Assembly: GCA_964618805.1 (NCBI GenBank) | Contig: CAZUBM010000029.1 | Coordinates: forward strand, 1 to 18,643 | Length of the DNA: 18,643 nt | Reading direction: 5' to 3' | From: an uncultured Nitrososphaerota archaeon | GTDB taxonomy: Archaea; Korarchaeota; Korarchaeia; Korarchaeales; Korarchaeaceae | Part shown: positions 15,180 to 18,643 of the stretch, in pieces | Position numbering within the stretch: the stretch's first letter is position 1 | Layout of the letters: the number at the start of each line of letters is the position of its first letter | Notes under the pieces: model-generated | What the model was told of the DNA's origin: nothing | What the model saw: the letters and a program-made list of their open reading frames with translations, nothing else | Database searches by the model: none | Translations under genes and position numbers: made by a program

Positions 15180-16279
15180 AGACCGCACTGGATTATTTCT
15201 CTAGGGAAGATCCATTCGAAAAGGGAATTTATGCAAACCTCAAAAAAGAGGTGTTAAGCTTAGCGACTGAAGAACAGTTAAGAAACCTCTCCAAACTCGT
15301 ATTTGCAATGATCAAGCCGGCAGCCTTTGCTAGAGGCTTAGCTCCCAAAGTGATTGAATGGTTGCACCTTAAAGGGTTTAGAATAGCTCTTGCTAGATTT
15401 GGACAGGTTAAAGGAAAGGAGCTAGACGATCTCTATCTTTTCGTTAAAAAGAAGTATCAAGAGTCTTGGTGGATAATGGAAAGAGCATATTCTATGGCTC
15501 CAGCGATAGCGATGGTCTTAGTTGGAAGTCGCAACGACTATGAACATGCCTGTGCAAAGTTGCGTAATCTTATTGGACCTACGACACCGGAGGCGGGTTC
15601 AATGGGAAATCTAAGGTATGATCTTAAGGGAGTTAATCGGGTCTTTAACATAATCCACATATCTGACGATCCAGCAGCAGCATTACGAGAATCTAGTGTC
15701 TTTTTTGATATAAAAGAAGTCTTAGAGACTTTAACATCTAATAACGAAGTCGATTTTACAACAAATCAGCTAAAACCAGAAGTCTCGATAAGAATATCAA
15801 GGTGGGAAATCTTTTCCAAGCTAAAGAGAAGATGTAATGTCTTTTTGAATTCCAATGAGCTTCAAGATCTGCTAGAGACGGAGTCTGAGATAGTCTCTAG
15901 GGATCTCTCGTTTGATAAGGAAAGAGAAGAGCTTTTGCCGATAGAGGTAAAAATTTCAAGGATAGCTAGCTCTATAAGGGAAAAAACAAAGGAAAATGCG
16001 GTAAATAAAGCCAGAATGAAGCTTAGTTTGGAAGATAAGAAAATGTGGGATACTCTTAACGATAGATTGATCGCAGCAAGGTGTATAGAACTTCTAAGCG
16101 ATGAATTTGAACTAGTCGAAGAACCGAATTTCGATCTATTTCTACTCTGGATGATCGACAGAAATATAATTTTGGACAAATGGGAAGAAATTGTTACTCA
16201 TAGTAGCTGGGCAGTAATGCCTCAGATGGTCAAAGATCTGAGAAGATATCAAAAAATAATCATATCAAGAAGGGGTTAA
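15176..16279 (+). CDS. Nucleoside-diphosphate-kinase-family protein with N-terminal and long C-terminal extensions (367 aa)
   Basis: FAMIKP, KLRNLIGPTTP, GNLRYD and NIIHISD...ALRE..VFF form an NDK core with the catalytic His. The TTG start overlaps the aglB stop (TTGA), with an AGGTGA SD at 15163-15168. Confidence 0.85.
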   Translation: MKTALDYFSREDPFEKGIYANLKKEVLSLATEEQLRNLSKLVFAMIKPAAFARGLAPKVIEWLHLKGFRIALARFGQVKGKELDDLYLFVKKKYQESWWIMERAYSMAPAIAMVLVGSRNDYEHACAKLRNLIGPTTPEAGSMGNLRYDLKGVNRVFNIIHISDDPAAALRESSVFFDIKEVLETLTSNNEVDFTTNQLKPEVSIRISRWEIFSKLKRRCNVFLNSNELQDLLETESEIVSRDLSFDKEREELLPIEVKISRIASSIREKTKENAVNKARMKLSLEDKKMWDTLNDRLIAARCIELLSDEFELVEEPNFDLFLLWMIDRNIILDKWEEIVTHSSWAVMPQMVKDLRRYQKIIISRRG

Positions 16280-18541
<2,262 letters not shown>

Positions 18542-18569
18542 GCGGCAACCTATCAAAAATTTCTTGCTT

Positions 18570-18642
18570 GGCGGGGTAGCTCAGTAGGTAGAGCGTCCGG
18601 CTGTTAACCGGAAGGTCATGGGTTCGAATCCCATCCCCGCCG
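18570..18642 (+). tRNA. tRNA-Asn (GTT), intronless
   Basis: Acceptor stem GGCGGGG/CCCCGCC with G73, D stem GCTC/GAGC, anticodon arm TCCGG-CTGTTAA-CCGGA (GTT at 18603-18605), T arm ATGGG-TTCGAAT-CCCAT. The window ends one C later. Confidence 0.97.
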
Positions 18643-18643
18643 C

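Overview
This is an 18.6 kb stretch of archaeal chromosome, mostly housekeeping genes. Gene content, frequent TTG starts and GGAGG/GGTGA ribosome-binding sites suggest a TACK-like lineage such as Korarchaeota; that is inference, not a database result. The left end holds a relBE-type toxin-antitoxin pair and a decayed tyrosine-integrase gene. Next come TFS, an NYN protein and a minus-strand block: ExeA/Cdc6-like AAA+ protein with degenerate Walker motifs, ADP-forming acyl-CoA synthetase beta, PRC-barrel, long coiled-coil and DUF373. A stand-alone EF-2 and a CDP-alcohol phosphatidyltransferase follow, then a tightly coupled run trmJ-rpl10e-METTL5-csl4-DUF2067-like-rpoL-aglB-extended NDK, then cdc48 and tRNA-Asn(GTT) at the right end. 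I see no CRISPR array and cannot demonstrate a complete new system. The best leads are the NDK with a large unknown C-terminal domain coupled to aglB, the probable pseudo-ATPase heading the PRC-barrel/coiled-coil/membrane block, nucleotide-identical Walker A/B tracts between the two Cdc48 ATPase modules, and a rewritten uL16 P-site loop.
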